DNA of 62,991 bases, filler included, from Globobulimina sp. (GCA_003354225.1; 13 parts of 13 records of this genome joined end to end with filler, not necessarily neighbours in it), one strand, 5' to 3'. Positions 44,295 to 56,725 are shown, numbered from the whole stretch's first letter. Program-made: numbers and translations. The notes: generated from the letters alone by a model not told the origin.

Positions 44295-46487
44295 TTATAA
44301 AAATAAACCTTCAACTTTTTTGACTAAATCTTTATTGGAGGCGGTATCGGCTCGCCGATTTCCATTCATCTTTCGCTGCATTATATCCATTATAATATCT
44401 TGGTGGGTACGTTTTTCTTCCGTAACCACCGCATCTGCTAAAAATAACGCTGCTTCTTTATCAACGTTGCGGTCCACGGTTAGCGCCGAGATCGCATGCG
44501 ACTGCAATGTAATTAGTTTCTTTTGCGGAGATACTGATCGCGAGAACGAATAGCGATTCCGCGATTGGGATAAATCATGCGATATGCGATCGATCTTTGC
44601 ATTCATATCGCGCGACATTTTGGTAATTTTGTCATCGAACATCATAGTTTGTCGATGCAATTTGTCATTGGTGGAATTATTGGAATTGGAGTGTAATTGT
44701 TGCGAATCATCAATATGTTGATCGTCAGGGATTTTATGCGGAGATTTGGTGAGCGGCGATGGCGGGGAATCCGATAATACGCGTTCTGTGAACGCTTTCT
44801 TTCTTTTATCGCCATGGCTGTTACTTTCATGGCTTCCCGCGAATGAAATCATTTTATTCGCTTTTCTCTTTTTAAAATGGCGGATCCGCGGATAAATAGT
44901 GCGGTTTTTAAAAAATGGATAATTCCATCGTTTTAATTGATTATTATCCGAATCTAAGATTCGATCACTTTTTAATGCTGCTACGCGATGAATAATTTGT
45001 GGGACCATCCAAACCCACCAAAATCTAATGGTTTTTTTGGACTGGCAATTATTATAAAAAAAGAGTTTAAATAATATATCCATAATAGATTGGTTGTCAT
45101 TCGTCGCCTTAATATCTGCAAATAATTTATGGTAATTCATGGCATACATCATATTCAACGTGATGCCGGTCATAATAATATGGTCAACAAATGCGGTAAA
45201 CGAGATGCGGCGTTCTTCATTGTATCGTTTTAGAGTCTCCGCCAACGATAAGCCGGATTTCACCGTTGCTTCAATATTAAGTAATAAGTCTTGGAAATGT
45301 GTCCGAGCGGACTCATATAAATTCAATGCATTGGCCGTGGATGTGGCTTCATTTACTTTCTTGTATCGTGCATGCAATACATTATTAACACAAATGGCAT
45401 CGTCGCGGACTTGTTTGTCTTTGAAATATTTGAAACGTCTGTCGCATAATATGGAATATGTCAGGTTCCGGTACAAAAATCCATTTAATTGACTGATTGG
45501 ATCGAAAGGATCAGGTTTTGGAGGTGTAGGAGGTGTGGAATCATCCGAGAGATACGGATTTAATGTGAAATCAATGTCCATTGACGTTGGCGAAGCAAGT
45601 TCGGAGTGGTTTGAGTTTGTATCAATATGGTCAGAATGAGTATGATTGGTATTTGAATTGTTCTTATTTAGCCGTGTCGAGCGACGCACAGTATGATGAT
45701 GTAGGATTGGCGAATTATGTGCTTCTTTGCCATGATCATCATCGTCGATTTCATGTTTTTCTGACGATGCAGGTTTGCCATCTGATTTGCGATTTGTATC
45801 TTCGGTTTTTGAGTCATTTGCTGTTTTCGCGTCGTGTTCCGTGTCATCGACGGTCTGCGTCTGCGAGCGTTGCGATTTCGAACCCGTAATATCGAATTCA
45901 TGGTTTTGTGATAATATGAATATCTCTTCGGAGGTGATGTCATTGCTCCCGTCATCCGTTGTGGTCGATATCGGCGAATTGGTACTGTCCTGGGATGGCG
46001 AATAGGAGGCATCATCCGCATTATTCTTATTATTGGTATTGGAGGTCTGTTTATTGGATATTTTGTTGTAAAACGGGGTGGTACGTAAATCATAATTCAC
46101 CACCGATTTATATGCATCCCACTGATCAGATTTTCTGAATGCACGGACCGTTTCTGCTGATACTTTCTTACAAAATGCGGCTAATAAGTCTTGTTCAGTG
46201 CGAATAAAATTATCCGGTCTCATCGCTGCCGCATTAAATTTCAATTTTAATCGATCTAATACCGATTTATACGACGACGATTTGGAAGGAATAATATACA
46301 CCAATTTACTTCGACGAATATACTGTATAATTTCCTCATAATCCTCTTTATAATATTTAATCGGAGCGGTGGAAGGATTCTTTAATGGCAATTTCATCAA
46401 TGATGGGGTAAAAAAGAACATCGCCGGGGTATCCGAAACCCTCTTCGCGTATTGCTCAAACTCCTCTGCTGTGACTGCAAAGGCCAT
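44295..46487 (-). CDS. Hypothetical 730-aa intronless protein downstream of the recombinase (element-encoded ORF?)
   Basis: Long ORF with disordered middle and coiled-coil-like end, on the same strand as the YR gene. Confidence 0.7.
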   Translation of the reverse strand: MAFAVTAEEFEQYAKRVSDTPAMFFFTPSLMKLPLKNPSTAPIKYYKEDYEEIIQYIRRSKLVYIIPSKSSSYKSVLDRLKLKFNAAAMRPDNFIRTEQDLLAAFCKKVSAETVRAFRKSDQWDAYKSVVNYDLRTTPFYNKISNKQTSNTNNKNNADDASYSPSQDSTNSPISTTTDDGSNDITSEEIFILSQNHEFDITGSKSQRSQTQTVDDTEHDAKTANDSKTEDTNRKSDGKPASSEKHEIDDDDHGKEAHNSPILHHHTVRRSTRLNKNNSNTNHTHSDHIDTNSNHSELASPTSMDIDFTLNPYLSDDSTPPTPPKPDPFDPISQLNGFLYRNLTYSILCDRRFKYFKDKQVRDDAICVNNVLHARYKKVNEATSTANALNLYESARTHFQDLLLNIEATVKSGLSLAETLKRYNEERRISFTAFVDHIIMTGITLNMMYAMNYHKLFADIKATNDNQSIMDILFKLFFYNNCQSKKTIRFWWVWMVPQIIHRVAALKSDRILDSDNNQLKRWNYPFFKNRTIYPRIRHFKKRKANKMISFAGSHESNSHGDKRKKAFTERVLSDSPPSPLTKSPHKIPDDQHIDDSQQLHSNSNNSTNDKLHRQTMMFDDKITKMSRDMNAKIDRISHDLSQSRNRYSFSRSVSPQKKLITLQSHAISALTVDRNVDKEAALFLADAVVTEEKRTHQDIIMDIMQRKMNGNRRADTASNKDLVKKVEGLFL

Positions 46488-47004
46488 ATTGATTAAAATA
46501 CTAATATGAGATCTTCTAATTTGCTAATCAATGGTTTGTTGTGTCTGCTTTAAATTGTTGCTGCTTTTCGGTTGTTGCTACAGAAAAAAAGGAAAGTTAG
46601 AGGATTTAAAGAAGAAACTGAAGTAAACTGAAGATAAATAAAACAAGTACAAATCAGAAAACACTTTATTGTAATTCGTTAATCATAACACTGCGTTTTA
46701 TTTATAAATAAATAAAACTCCGAATTATAATTAGACTGTCAAAAAGGTGCAAGGAATAATATTAACAAATGATATTTAATTTAATTATATTATGGGTCAG
46801 TTACAGCTTTATTACAAACGGGAAAATATAATATTATTAATATATGATATTAATAATCAATAAGAGAGGAAATAGAATTTGTAGAATATAAACTCTATTT
46901 CAATAATCCCATTTGCCCGCGTGTAACGTGAGTGAAATTGCAATGGAGCCTGGAATGTAAGGAATTTCACAGAGGCAAACCATTGATTCAAAATAGAACT
47001 GTAT

Positions 47005-48282
47005 TTATCGTTTATTACGTCGGTTTTTGATTTGTTGGTAACAAAATCTTCGGTCCTCGCATTTTGCCCAGGGGTCAAAGACAACGCTTGTTTGTAAGAA
47101 TAATCTATTCCTGGTATTGAGATCATTATGAGGCGGACCGTGAATAATGTCATGGACCATGCGACTGAGGGTTATTGCATCAGGGCGGACATACCGCATA
47201 CTGATATCAGGCAACTTGGCATCGCTCCATCCGACATATTTTAAAATAAGTCCGTGAGCAATTCCGACTTGGGAGGCTCTGGTGGTTCCGCCAATTCTGG
47301 AACTATATGCCGAGAAACGTTTTGGTTCGACGATATATTTGGCGTTTGCCGCAACTACTTCCTTGATTATTGTTGCTAAGGAGGTAGTGTTGACGACTTT
47401 GCCACTGGACCACACGAAAACATTTTTATTTGCTGATAATTGTAAACTGTTTTTTCTTTTGCTATCATGGAGAGTGGTCACTAATTTCTTCCTTCGTTGG
47501 AGATATACTCTTAATAACCGTAATGGGCTTAACAATTTGCATGGACAGGATACATTGGATTGAATTACATTGGAGCAATATGAATGGCCTACGAATAATA
47601 ATTTCGAGTCATTCAGGGATTTCATGGATTTGTGGGATACTATTTGCATTCGCAGGAAGTGAGTGGTTGGATCGGAAGCGTTTGGTTTGACGAATTCAAT
47701 GTGTTTGAATTTGACGCCTCTTTTTGTGGTGGAATATGTGGATAATAACAATTCTGATGGTCTGGACATGGTAAAGAAGTACATTTGGATTATTAATACT
47801 TTTAACAATGTGTCCAATGGAATTGTTTGATAATGATTAATGACACAATTTGAATGCAAAGTGTATCGGATTAAGTGTTTGAGTTTTATGGGCAATCTGG
47901 AATCGGACGGTGTATCAAAGCGTTTTGTAGCGCTCAATTTGAAGCGGGTATACTCGCCGTCAGTATTGAAGGTAGGACGGATATCATCGGTGTCATGGAG
48001 CCATAACAGCATTGATTGTGCTTGACGTATACATGTTGTTTTATTGGTTTGTTGTATTCGGTCAGCAATCCAAAATAAAGCGAGTGATGGCTTGGTTGGT
48101 AAATTGAATGGATTCTCCTTCAATGTGACACAATAAAACACCCAATTTCTTAAATGTGATATGTATTGTACTTTGGTTCCGATACATTTGTCTAAGCTGT
48201 TAGTTTCTACAATGAAATCCGCAGTCTTCTGTCGTTTATGTGCTAATTTATGCGTTCTATAAAAACGCCGTCGGTACCAAGC
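47005..48282 (-). CDS. Tyrosine recombinase of DIRS/Ngaro type (frame open from about 48282, no ATG at its 5' end)
   Basis: FFTMSRPSELL (R), SHKS (K), FSAYSSRIGG (HxxR with H>Y), YVGWS (W), SMRYVR (Y). Confidence 0.85.
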   Translation of the reverse strand, partial: AWYRRRFYRTHKLAHKRQKTADFIVETNSLDKCIGTKVQYISHLRNWVFYCVTLKENPFNLPTKPSLALFWIADRIQQTNKTTCIRQAQSMLLWLHDTDDIRPTFNTDGEYTRFKLSATKRFDTPSDSRLPIKLKHLIRYTLHSNCVINHYQTIPLDTLLKVLIIQMYFFTMSRPSELLLSTYSTTKRGVKFKHIEFVKPNASDPTTHFLRMQIVSHKSMKSLNDSKLLFVGHSYCSNVIQSNVSCPCKLLSPLRLLRVYLQRRKKLVTTLHDSKRKNSLQLSANKNVFVWSSGKVVNTTSLATIIKEVVAANAKYIVEPKRFSAYSSRIGGTTRASQVGIAHGLILKYVGWSDAKLPDISMRYVRPDAITLSRMVHDIIHGPPHNDLNTRNRLFLQTSVVFDPWAKCEDRRFCYQQIKNRRNKR

Positions 48283-48546
48283 TTAAACAAAGAACAAAAA
48301 ACATTGTTATTATAAAAGCAATGGCAAAGTCACAGTAACAAATAAAGTTATCATTGGCTATAGTGTAAAGTTGGAGGCATAATTGGGATATCCAATGCGA
48401 GCTCGTTCTTTTAATGGGAGTCGCAGGAAATCAATAAATGCTTTATNNNNNNNNNNNNNNNNNNNNNNNNNNNNNNNNNNNNNNNNNNNNTTAATTAATT
48501 AANNNNNNNNNNNNNNNNNNNNNNNNNNNNNNNNNNNNNNNNNNNN

Positions 48547-49118
48547 TTGCAACGGTTATTTTGAATATTTGAATATTTTCCTCTATGGTGCTTGGCTTCT
48601 GCGATGCGGACCTCTCTATATTTTTAATAATCACGCCTATTTCTGCAATTGGAGGATCGTTTTTGATTGGGAAATTATCTCAGTCATATAATCTTAAGAA
48701 AATGATGAAACTAATCATATATGGCTGGATTGTTGCTTTAAGTCTGATGATGTTTCTTGAAAATAGAATATTGATTTACATAATCGGCTCGTTTATTGGT
48801 GTTCTGCTGGGAGGTTTGTGGACAGTTTCACGTCCGCTGTTGGCCGAGATGGTGCCGAAAGACGAGTTGGGGAGATTTTTTGGATTGTACTCTTTATCGG
48901 GACGTGCGGCGGCGGTAATCGGTCCGCCGATCTGGGGACTGATCGTATATATGTTCAGCCCGGATCGTCCGCTGGGGGAGAGTATGGATAGTTTGTTAGG
49001 ATTGTCTGAGGCATCGGCCGTAAAACTTCCGTATCAATTCGCGGTTGTGTCTTTGATTATAATGATGGTGATCGGCTTAGTGATATTTAGAAAACTCCCG
49101 GCGGGAAATAATGAGTGA
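48547..49118 (+). CDS. Bacterial MFS transporter (UMF1/ATG22-like), C-terminal part
   Basis: GGLWTVSRPLLAEMVP...GRFFGLYSLSGRAAAVIGP; overlaps the next ORF. Confidence 0.8.
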
Positions 49119-49545
49119 AGTGATTGTTGGTGTTGATAGATTAACAAAAGAGTTGGTGCTTGAATTGTACAAAAAAGTCGGGTGGCTGAAATATACGGAA
49201 GACCCGGATAAACTCTTTCGTGCGATTATGAATTCCACATATGTTGTTACAATCCACGAGGATGACAAGATAATCGGGCTGGCACGATGTATGTCAGACG
49301 ATATCTCGATTAATTATCTTCAGGATATCCTAATCGATCCAGAGTATCAAAGACGGGGTATTGGCCGTAAACTTCTTGAAAACTGCCTTGAACGATTCAA
49401 GCATGTTCGGACGCATGTTATTCTCACCGATGACGAGGAACGTCAAAAGAAATTCTACGAATCACTCGGTTACAAAAATACGAAAGAGCTACAAAAGTTC
49501 AACCTCAACTGCTATGTCAAGATGAATGACATGGAGTTGAAGTAG
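49111..49545 (+). CDS. Bacterial GNAT N-acetyltransferase
   Basis: YLQDILIDPEYQRRGIGRKLL and FYESLGY motifs. Confidence 0.92.
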   Translation: MSEVIVGVDRLTKELVLELYKKVGWLKYTEDPDKLFRAIMNSTYVVTIHEDDKIIGLARCMSDDISINYLQDILIDPEYQRRGIGRKLLENCLERFKHVRTHVILTDDEERQKKFYESLGYKNTKELQKFNLNCYVKMNDMELK

Positions 49546-49743
49546 GAAAAGAGAATATGCGTCTAATCAATTACTTACAATAATCCATAGCAAATGTTCA
49601 TTTGTGAATGGATTTCGTGACCTGTTAAGGCTATAAGCAAATTACTAATAACGTTTATAAAATCCGCGCAGAAATTGCTTTTTCAATACTCTGTCTGTAC
49701 AATCAGGCTGTGTCAGAAAATGACACTAAGGCAAATAATCATC

Positions 49744-49774
49744 TTGACAATATTAAGTTTAAATATTATATAAA
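49744..49774 (+). promoter_or_regulatory. Possible sigma70 promoter for the 50123 gene
   Basis: Exact TTGACA followed by a TATA-rich -10 region; spacing ambiguous. Confidence 0.35.
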
Positions 49775-50122
49775 ACTATAATACAGTTACTAGTCGACGG
49801 ACATCTGTGTTATTTCTTAAATTTACAAGTAGTTTTCGTTACGGGAAATTTTAACCTGTATTAAAAATTAAAGAGTCTTTTTGTAACATTTAGTATCAAT
49901 GTTAAATAAACCATGTTGGTTTGTTAAAGGAGCTAATATTACAAAATAATAATCTAGTGAAGAAATAATATATTTATCAGTAAATAAATCAAGATTAAAC
50001 AATATAATATCTTTTAAGGAGGTGGTTGCATACAAGGTGGATTCCATAATATTTTAAAGTTTAATGTGTTCGCATATTCAATCTTTCGCCTTTTCAATCT
50101 TTTCTAGATGTGAGGTAAAAAA

Positions 50123-51000
50123 ATGAAGCTTTTCAAGCTCTTCTTGTGCGCTCTTGTATTTTTGCTGTCAGCCATAGGAATTCAGGCTATAGCTGATACT
50201 CGTGTCGTAAGTCATGGCAATTTCGCCACAAATAATAATAGTTATGACCGAAATCCTTCGTTAGTTTTTGATGGAGCTAATTATTGGCTCTTTTTTGCTA
50301 AGGGTGATGATCATTCTACCAATGGTGTAAGAACCGGAGGCTATAATCCTGATAGCGATAATTATGTTGTTTACTATAAAACAGCTTCAACGATAGATGA
50401 TTTGGCAACAGCCGCTGAAACGAAACTTCTGCTTTCTGAGACAAGTCGCCCGACTGATTTTTCTCAGAGAGTTGTATCGGCCACATCTTTTGGCGGCAAT
50501 ATTTATGCTTTTGTTTCGAGTGGTCAAGATGGCACCAATAGAGGACTATACTATTATGCTTATAATGGCGTTGATTGGACGGGTCCGATTGAATTGATTC
50601 CTGACGCTACTGCGCGAGGCGGACATGTAAATGTAATCAGCGATGAAGATCGTGTTTACATTGTCTGGGAATCTAGTGATGGCTCCTCTGATTGCTATAC
50701 ATGGAATGGTAATAGCCTTAGTTCTAAAATTGATATTAGTGATGGCAATCAACCCAAAATTACTTTATTTACTGGTACGAAAGCAATCGGAGTTCTTTAT
50801 GTAGTTAATGTCGAGGATGGAACCGGTGATATCGAAGTATGGCAGGCTGCGACCGATCCTAACCCGGCATTTGGAAGCCATTCCACCGCCATAACTGGAA
50901 GCGGTTTATATGACCCAAGTATATTTAACGATGGTGTTAATTTATATGTTGTAACGGCTCCTTATGTTGCGGCTGACCGGCAATATTTGGTTCAAACAAA
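50123..51000 (+). CDS. Bacterial secreted beta-rich (propeller-like) protein, cut at a chimeric junction near 51000
   Basis: GAGG RBS, Sec signal peptide, repeated D.NPSL/QPKI/YDPSI blade-like motifs. The last ~24 codons overlap AT-rich eukaryotic DNA. Confidence 0.7.
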
Positions 51001-51019
51001 ACAAGTTAAATTGAATAAA

Positions 51020-51658
51020 TTATACATATCCAGACCATGCGACATTGGCTGCTGTGAATTGCACTATTTTTAATTCATAAACATTTTCATTATTATTATT
51101 ATCCAAATATTGCTGTTGCTGTGTATAAATAATCGGATATAATTTCAATGTCACATCAATATGAAAAGTATCATTCAATGGATAATTATTCAATAAATTA
51201 CGGATGGAATTGGTAAAGTTTTTATTCATTAAATAGTTATAAACATACGGCCATTCCAATCGGTCATTTAATGCGTTATTAAAATATAAATATGAATAAA
51301 TGAATGATGTGAAACAACCCATTGACGCAATAAATAAATATGAGATTTGGTAATTATACGATGTCCATTCAAATGTTTTAATTGCGGATGGAAATAAATA
51401 TTTATATATTGTTGAACATGAATATGTTATCAATTTCGCGAATGGATATTTCATAACGTCATCATTTCTTTGATTAGATTTTAACCATTTTATGACTGGT
51501 GATATTGTGTAATATGTCATGTAATATAAAATTAAGAACCGCCTCGGTTGACTGCATAAATCAACAATCATAGGGCTATTATACAATAATTTCCTTGCAA
51601 AATATTGCTTGAATCGTGATGGCTTTTCATTGTCTTTTGTATTTTGGTTGTTGTTCAT
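51020..51658 (-). CDS. Hypothetical eukaryotic protein with hydrophobic segments
   Basis: ORF over 200 aa with N-rich composition; start uncertain. Confidence 0.5.
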   Translation of the reverse strand: MNNNQNTKDNEKPSRFKQYFARKLLYNSPMIVDLCSQPRRFLILYYMTYYTISPVIKWLKSNQRNDDVMKYPFAKLITYSCSTIYKYLFPSAIKTFEWTSYNYQISYLFIASMGCFTSFIYSYLYFNNALNDRLEWPYVYNYLMNKNFTNSIRNLLNNYPLNDTFHIDVTLKLYPIIYTQQQQYLDNNNNENVYELKIVQFTAANVAWSGYV

Positions 51659-51711
51659 TGAAGTTTTAAAATAAGTGACCAAGTCATCCAAAAACAGTTT
51701 TAATATAAAAA

Positions 51712-53295
51712 ATGGAACAGCTTTTCACGAATTGTTCAGCAGACACGACACCGCAAGAAATCGGGCAATCATTGTCAATTACACGCATAATATATGTGTT
51801 ATCATATTATTCGAAATGGGTCACAGAACAAACCGATAAAAGTAATTTATTAAGCTATCAGCAATTGGTGTATATGAATGACGACGCAACAGACACTATA
51901 AACAATAAAAAAAGAAATGAAGGAATATATTCATGGCTCAACAGTTTGTCAGCAACCTACAGTTTAACCAAATTATTAGATGATTTCCATTATATTTTAT
52001 TTTTCCATTCATCCAATAATGATTTTGAAATGTTAACCGATTATGTTCGTCGCAAATTGATTCAAAATAATACAAATGACAGCAATATGGATCTATCCCT
52101 CTCCATACCATTAATACGCAACAACCGTTCCAGATTTAGATATTCGCAAAACTGCAATTTACGAGTCTCAACTTATTGTGGTTATAAACAGAATCATGAT
52201 GTTATTACGCAGCAGATATTAGACTCAATATATTGTTTCTTGTTATTTACCTTTGACGTTGGATACAAATTAAACTCAAAACAACTGGCAATTTTAGACG
52301 ACATTGATGCAGACAGCGACGGCGACGATGGATTATTTGATAAGAGATTAAAATATATAAAAGATACAATATATAGCAGCAGAAGCGAAGAAAAAGGAGA
52401 AAAGGAAGAGGAAAAGGACAGAAATGTAAACATATTTGGGAGTGGAATTAAATTTGATTACTGGAATGAAAGCAATTCACATTATATCTCACCAAAACAT
52501 GACACATTCAAAGAAGAGATTGTATTATTTAATATTTATTGTACGCTAAATAATGATCAATGGAATGATATGTTAATCAAAGCACAGTGCTTATTACAAA
52601 CCAATATGGCGAAAATATTGAAAGCTTCCTCTTATTTTGCCAATCCATTTAAAATTGAACATCGATCCAACATATCACTGCAGCACATAATATCTTTATT
52701 ATTATACACTAATTTCAGAGTTATGTACCTCTATCAATTGCAATCTGAAACAAACAGCAAATACTCTTTATAAATTAACAGCAATTACGGAATAATTTGA
52801 ACCGTACATATTATGCAACAGCAGCTGATGAAATGTCATTGAACAATGTGATGGATAGACACAGTGAGTTTGGGCATTTTGGGCGGATTTTGCGAGAATC
52901 GGTTGAATTATTTGGATGGCAATCTGATGATAGTGATGCACCATCGATTTATTATGTTGCACTTAATAAAATATATTTGTTTTCTTCTGCCATTCCATAC
53001 ATATATTCACCATTATTGAGCTCAGCTTATTTGAATGTGGTGTTATTGAACAATAAGAAAGGCAGAGGACAGATTATTTCGTTGCGTCCATACAAACAAT
53101 ATTTGAAATATTTCGATTGTGCGTGGATTGCAGATGACATTGGGAAGGATGAAAAGTTGTTTATTGGCGGACAGGAACCGTTTACGATTTGTAATATTCA
53201 TGATATTGAATTGTGTGTAAATTACAAGAAATATATTACGGCCATTGACTATTTTAATAATATGATCAAAGCGCAGTTATATTTATGTGATGACG
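51712..53295 (+). CDS. ADP-ribosyltransferase-like family protein with degenerate motifs; intron 52720-52781; 3'-truncated
   Basis: HIISLLLYT...ILRESVELFG...YYVA...SPLLSS...GQIISL...YFDCAWIAD...KDEKLFIGG; motif order matches the R-S-E ART fold. Confidence 0.5.
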
Positions 53296-53395
53296 NNNNN
53301 NNNNNNNNNNNNNNNNNNNNNNNNNNNNNNNNNNNNNNNTTAATTAATTAANNNNNNNNNNNNNNNNNNNNNNNNNNNNNNNNNNNNNNNNNNNN

Positions 53396-54196
53396 CAAAA
53401 TTACAGAAATATTCAACCAAACAAAAACAGCGCTGGATATTTTATCATTACATCTTACAATTTCTAATTGGTGTTCTTCTCTATATTTCCCTGCAATGTG
53501 TACCAAGTTTTGGTGATTTTGCATTTAATATTGCTACTATGTGGCCACCATCACGTTTACCCGTGTTTATTATGGCTGTGTTTGCCGGATTATTAAGGTA
53601 TATATATGCTTATATTCATAGTTGTATTTGCATTGAAATCCTGCCAAATGCTTGACAGAAACGATGGAGTTACCATCAAATCATCGCAAAGTAGTTTGAC
53701 GGCGGCTGATTGGAGAAGAAAATGTAATTTTTTAGGTGTGGTGATAAACTTAATTTTGATACCATGCGTAATAATTAGTCGGTCGACAAATAATATGACA
53801 CCGTTTTCGCTGACATTGCAATTATTGATTGCATGGTGGCAATTACAATTTATTTATGCGTTGACAATGGATAATGGGACAGCATTGATATCAAGATTTT
53901 TATCATCATGGTTAATGCTGGAATTAGGGAGAATGAGTTATTCATTGTATTTAACACATTTCCCAGTGATGGGATATATTTGTTGGGGTTTATATGGTGC
54001 ACAGACTCAACCGTTATGTGAGTGGAATAGTACTGATGGATGCAATGATGAGTGGAATGCCTATAATGATAATCGATTAATGCCAGTGTGGGCTATACCT
54101 ATTCATGTTGTTGTGTCGCTCATTATTGCTATAATATTAAACAGATTGTTTGAAGAACCAATGAGGAAATGGTTGAGACCTAACTCTTCTTTTTAA
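53396..54196 (+). CDS. Acyltransferase-3 (OafA-like) membrane protein, 5'-truncated; intron 53598-53658
   Basis: PPSRLPVFIM, LGRMSYSLYLTHFPV, LFEEPMRKWL motifs. Confidence 0.85.
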
Positions 54197-54344
54197 TGTT
54201 TTGGTTTGTTTTTAGTTAATTATTATATTATGGCCATTGTGAGTGTGTTTCAATTGGTCATAGATAGTGTGTAGTTTAGGTGTTTTAATTAATTAATTTT
54301 ATTTCGAATTACATGTCATGATAAAATCATAATAAACAAAAATG

Positions 54345-56400
54345 TTACAATTTACTTTGATATTTAATCTGTTTTCTCTGATTTATTAATTGTTTGACAA
54401 CTTTTGGATCCTGTAACGTAGAAATATCACCTAAATCTTCATAGTGTTCACACGCAATTTTTCGCAATATTCTTCGCATAATTTTACCTGATCTTGTTTT
54501 TGGAACACCATCAACCAACATAATATATTCTGGTTTAAACATCCCACCTAATTTATTCTTAACATTATATGTGATATCTTTTTTAATTACATCCATATCT
54601 TTATCATCCACGTTGATATTTTTCATCACAGCATAAATAAATAATGACTGTCCTTTAATGGGATGTGGTTTGCCCACCACTGCACATTCAACGATATGCT
54701 TATTCTCAACAACACATGATTCAATTTCTGCGGTGCCAATTCTATGCCCAGATACATTCAACACATCATCAATCCTTCCAGTTATCCAATAAAATCCATC
54801 TTTATCTCTTTTTGCACCATCTCCAGTATAAAAATATCCATTCCGTACATACGTTTTTTTCCATTTTGCATGGTTATCATATAATGTTCGACATAAACCA
54901 GGCCACGATTTTTTAATCACCAATATACCTTCGACTGTACCTTTATTATTCTGCGGTATCTCCTGTTCAGTTATTTTATCCAACAAAGCTGGCTGAATAC
55001 CAAAGAATGGTAAGGATGCACTTCCGGGTTTTTGTAATTTCGCGGTTGGAAAAGGACTAATTAAAATACCTCCGGTTTCTGTCTGCCACCAAGTGTCAAC
55101 AATGGGACATTGCCCATTGCCAACAACATTGAAATACCATAACCATGTTTCAGGATTAATTGGCTCGCCAACAGTGCCCAACACCTGAGAGCAACACATG
55201 TTATGTACAAATAATAAAATCAAATATGTTTCACACTTATTTGTTACTTACCTTTAACGATGAACGATTATATTTTGTTACAAATTGATTATCAAATCTC
55301 ATTAACTGCCGTATGGCGGTGGGAGATGTATAAAACTGGGTTATTTTATATTTATCCACCATATACCAATACCGATCCGGCTCTGGATAGGTTGGAATTG
55401 ATTCAAATAACAATGTCGTGCATCCATTAGCTAATGGCGCATAAACTAAATATGAATGGCCAGTGATCCAACCAATGTCCGCAACGCAGGCATATACGTC
55501 ATTTGGTTGAATATCAAATACATATTTATGTGTCGCCATTGTATAGGCCAAATAGCCCGCATTTGAATGTAAAACGCCTTTCGGTTTACCCGTTGAACCA
55601 GACGTATATAATAAAAATAAGGGATCCTCACTGTCCATTATCTCACATGCGGTGTAACCACGTTCTTTTTTGATTGCTTCATTTAATATGACATATTGCT
55701 TGGAACTATTTTTCTTATTTTCTTCTCTTAATTCTTTCATTTCTGTCTGAAATTTAAATTGATCTCGGTACCATATAAAGATTTTGTAATTGTTTAGCGG
55801 TTGCAATGATTTTAATGCTTTGTCAACCATTGATTTCAAATCAATAGTTTTGGGACCGCGGAAGGAAATATTTGAGGTTATTACATATTTCGCACCAGCA
55901 TCGACTATCCGGTCGCGAATCGAATATTCATTGAAACCCGCAAATATGACAGAATGTGCTGCGCCAATTCTTGCACAAGATAACATCGCGTAGACTGCTT
56001 CAGGTATCATCGGCATATAAATAACGACAATATCGCCTTTTTTCACGCCGTTTTTTTTCAAAACGTTTGCAAATAAACATACGGATGTTTGAAGTTGTTT
56101 AAATGTTATTTGTTGACTATCTGACAATTCATTGCCTTCATGAATAAGTGCAATTTTATTTGGCTTTGTTTGAGCCCATCGATCAACGCAATTAAAACAA
56201 ACATTTAATTTTCCGTTCAAGAACCAACTAATATTACCACCGGAGATAAATGAACCTGATGACACTTGACTGAATGGATGGTACCAATCGATATTTTCTT
56301 TGGCAAATTTACCCCAAAATGCTTCCGGGTTTTTTATGCTTTCAAGCCATAATTTATTACGTTCTGCATCATCACTGCAATGAGCATGCAATGGATTTAT
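54345..56400 (-). CDS. acs: AMP-forming acetyl-CoA synthetase; intron 55185-55251; 5' end unresolved
   Basis: LYTSGSTGKPKG, ADIGWITGHSY, GEPINPE, DTWWQTETGG, GRIDD, PKTRSGKIMRR. Confidence 0.95.
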
Positions 56401-56661
56401 CTTTGTAATTTACTTTTATTGACTGCATAGCGTTACTGTCACTTACTGTTTGTGATTTAAGAAAAGAGTTTGTGATTTAAGAAAAGACTGGAGTTTATAG
56501 TGTATATTTCATATATTTGGGAGTTGATATCGCTTATTTAATACTTGGCAGACATTAGTAATTACTACCGATTTTGATTAGTAATGTTTGTTGTTTTGGT
56601 TTACCTATTCGGGTTCTGAATAATTGTAGAAATTGGAATGATGACTAATTATACTCACACG

Positions 56662-56725
56662 GACGTACATCACAATGTATATTACACAGACGTACATCAC
56701 AATGTATATGCTTACATCACAATGT
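56662..56725. repeat. Three copies of TACATCACAATGT in the divergent intergenic region
   Basis: Copies within 56662-56682, 56689-56709 and 56713-56725; the core is an inverted repeat ACAT-N4-ATGT. Confidence 0.75.

Larger units (their letters stand above)
43695..48446 (-). mobile_element. Fragment of a tyrosine-recombinase (DIRS/Ngaro-like) element
   Basis: YR gene of DIRS type, tail of an upstream ORF ending near 48359, a downstream intronless 730-aa ORF and a structured non-coding end. Confidence 0.6.

Noticed and set aside
50016-50045. AAGGAGGTG in the bacterial leader as a riboswitch or leader peptide
   Set aside because: No convincing ORF or recognisable aptamer consensus could be supported by eye.
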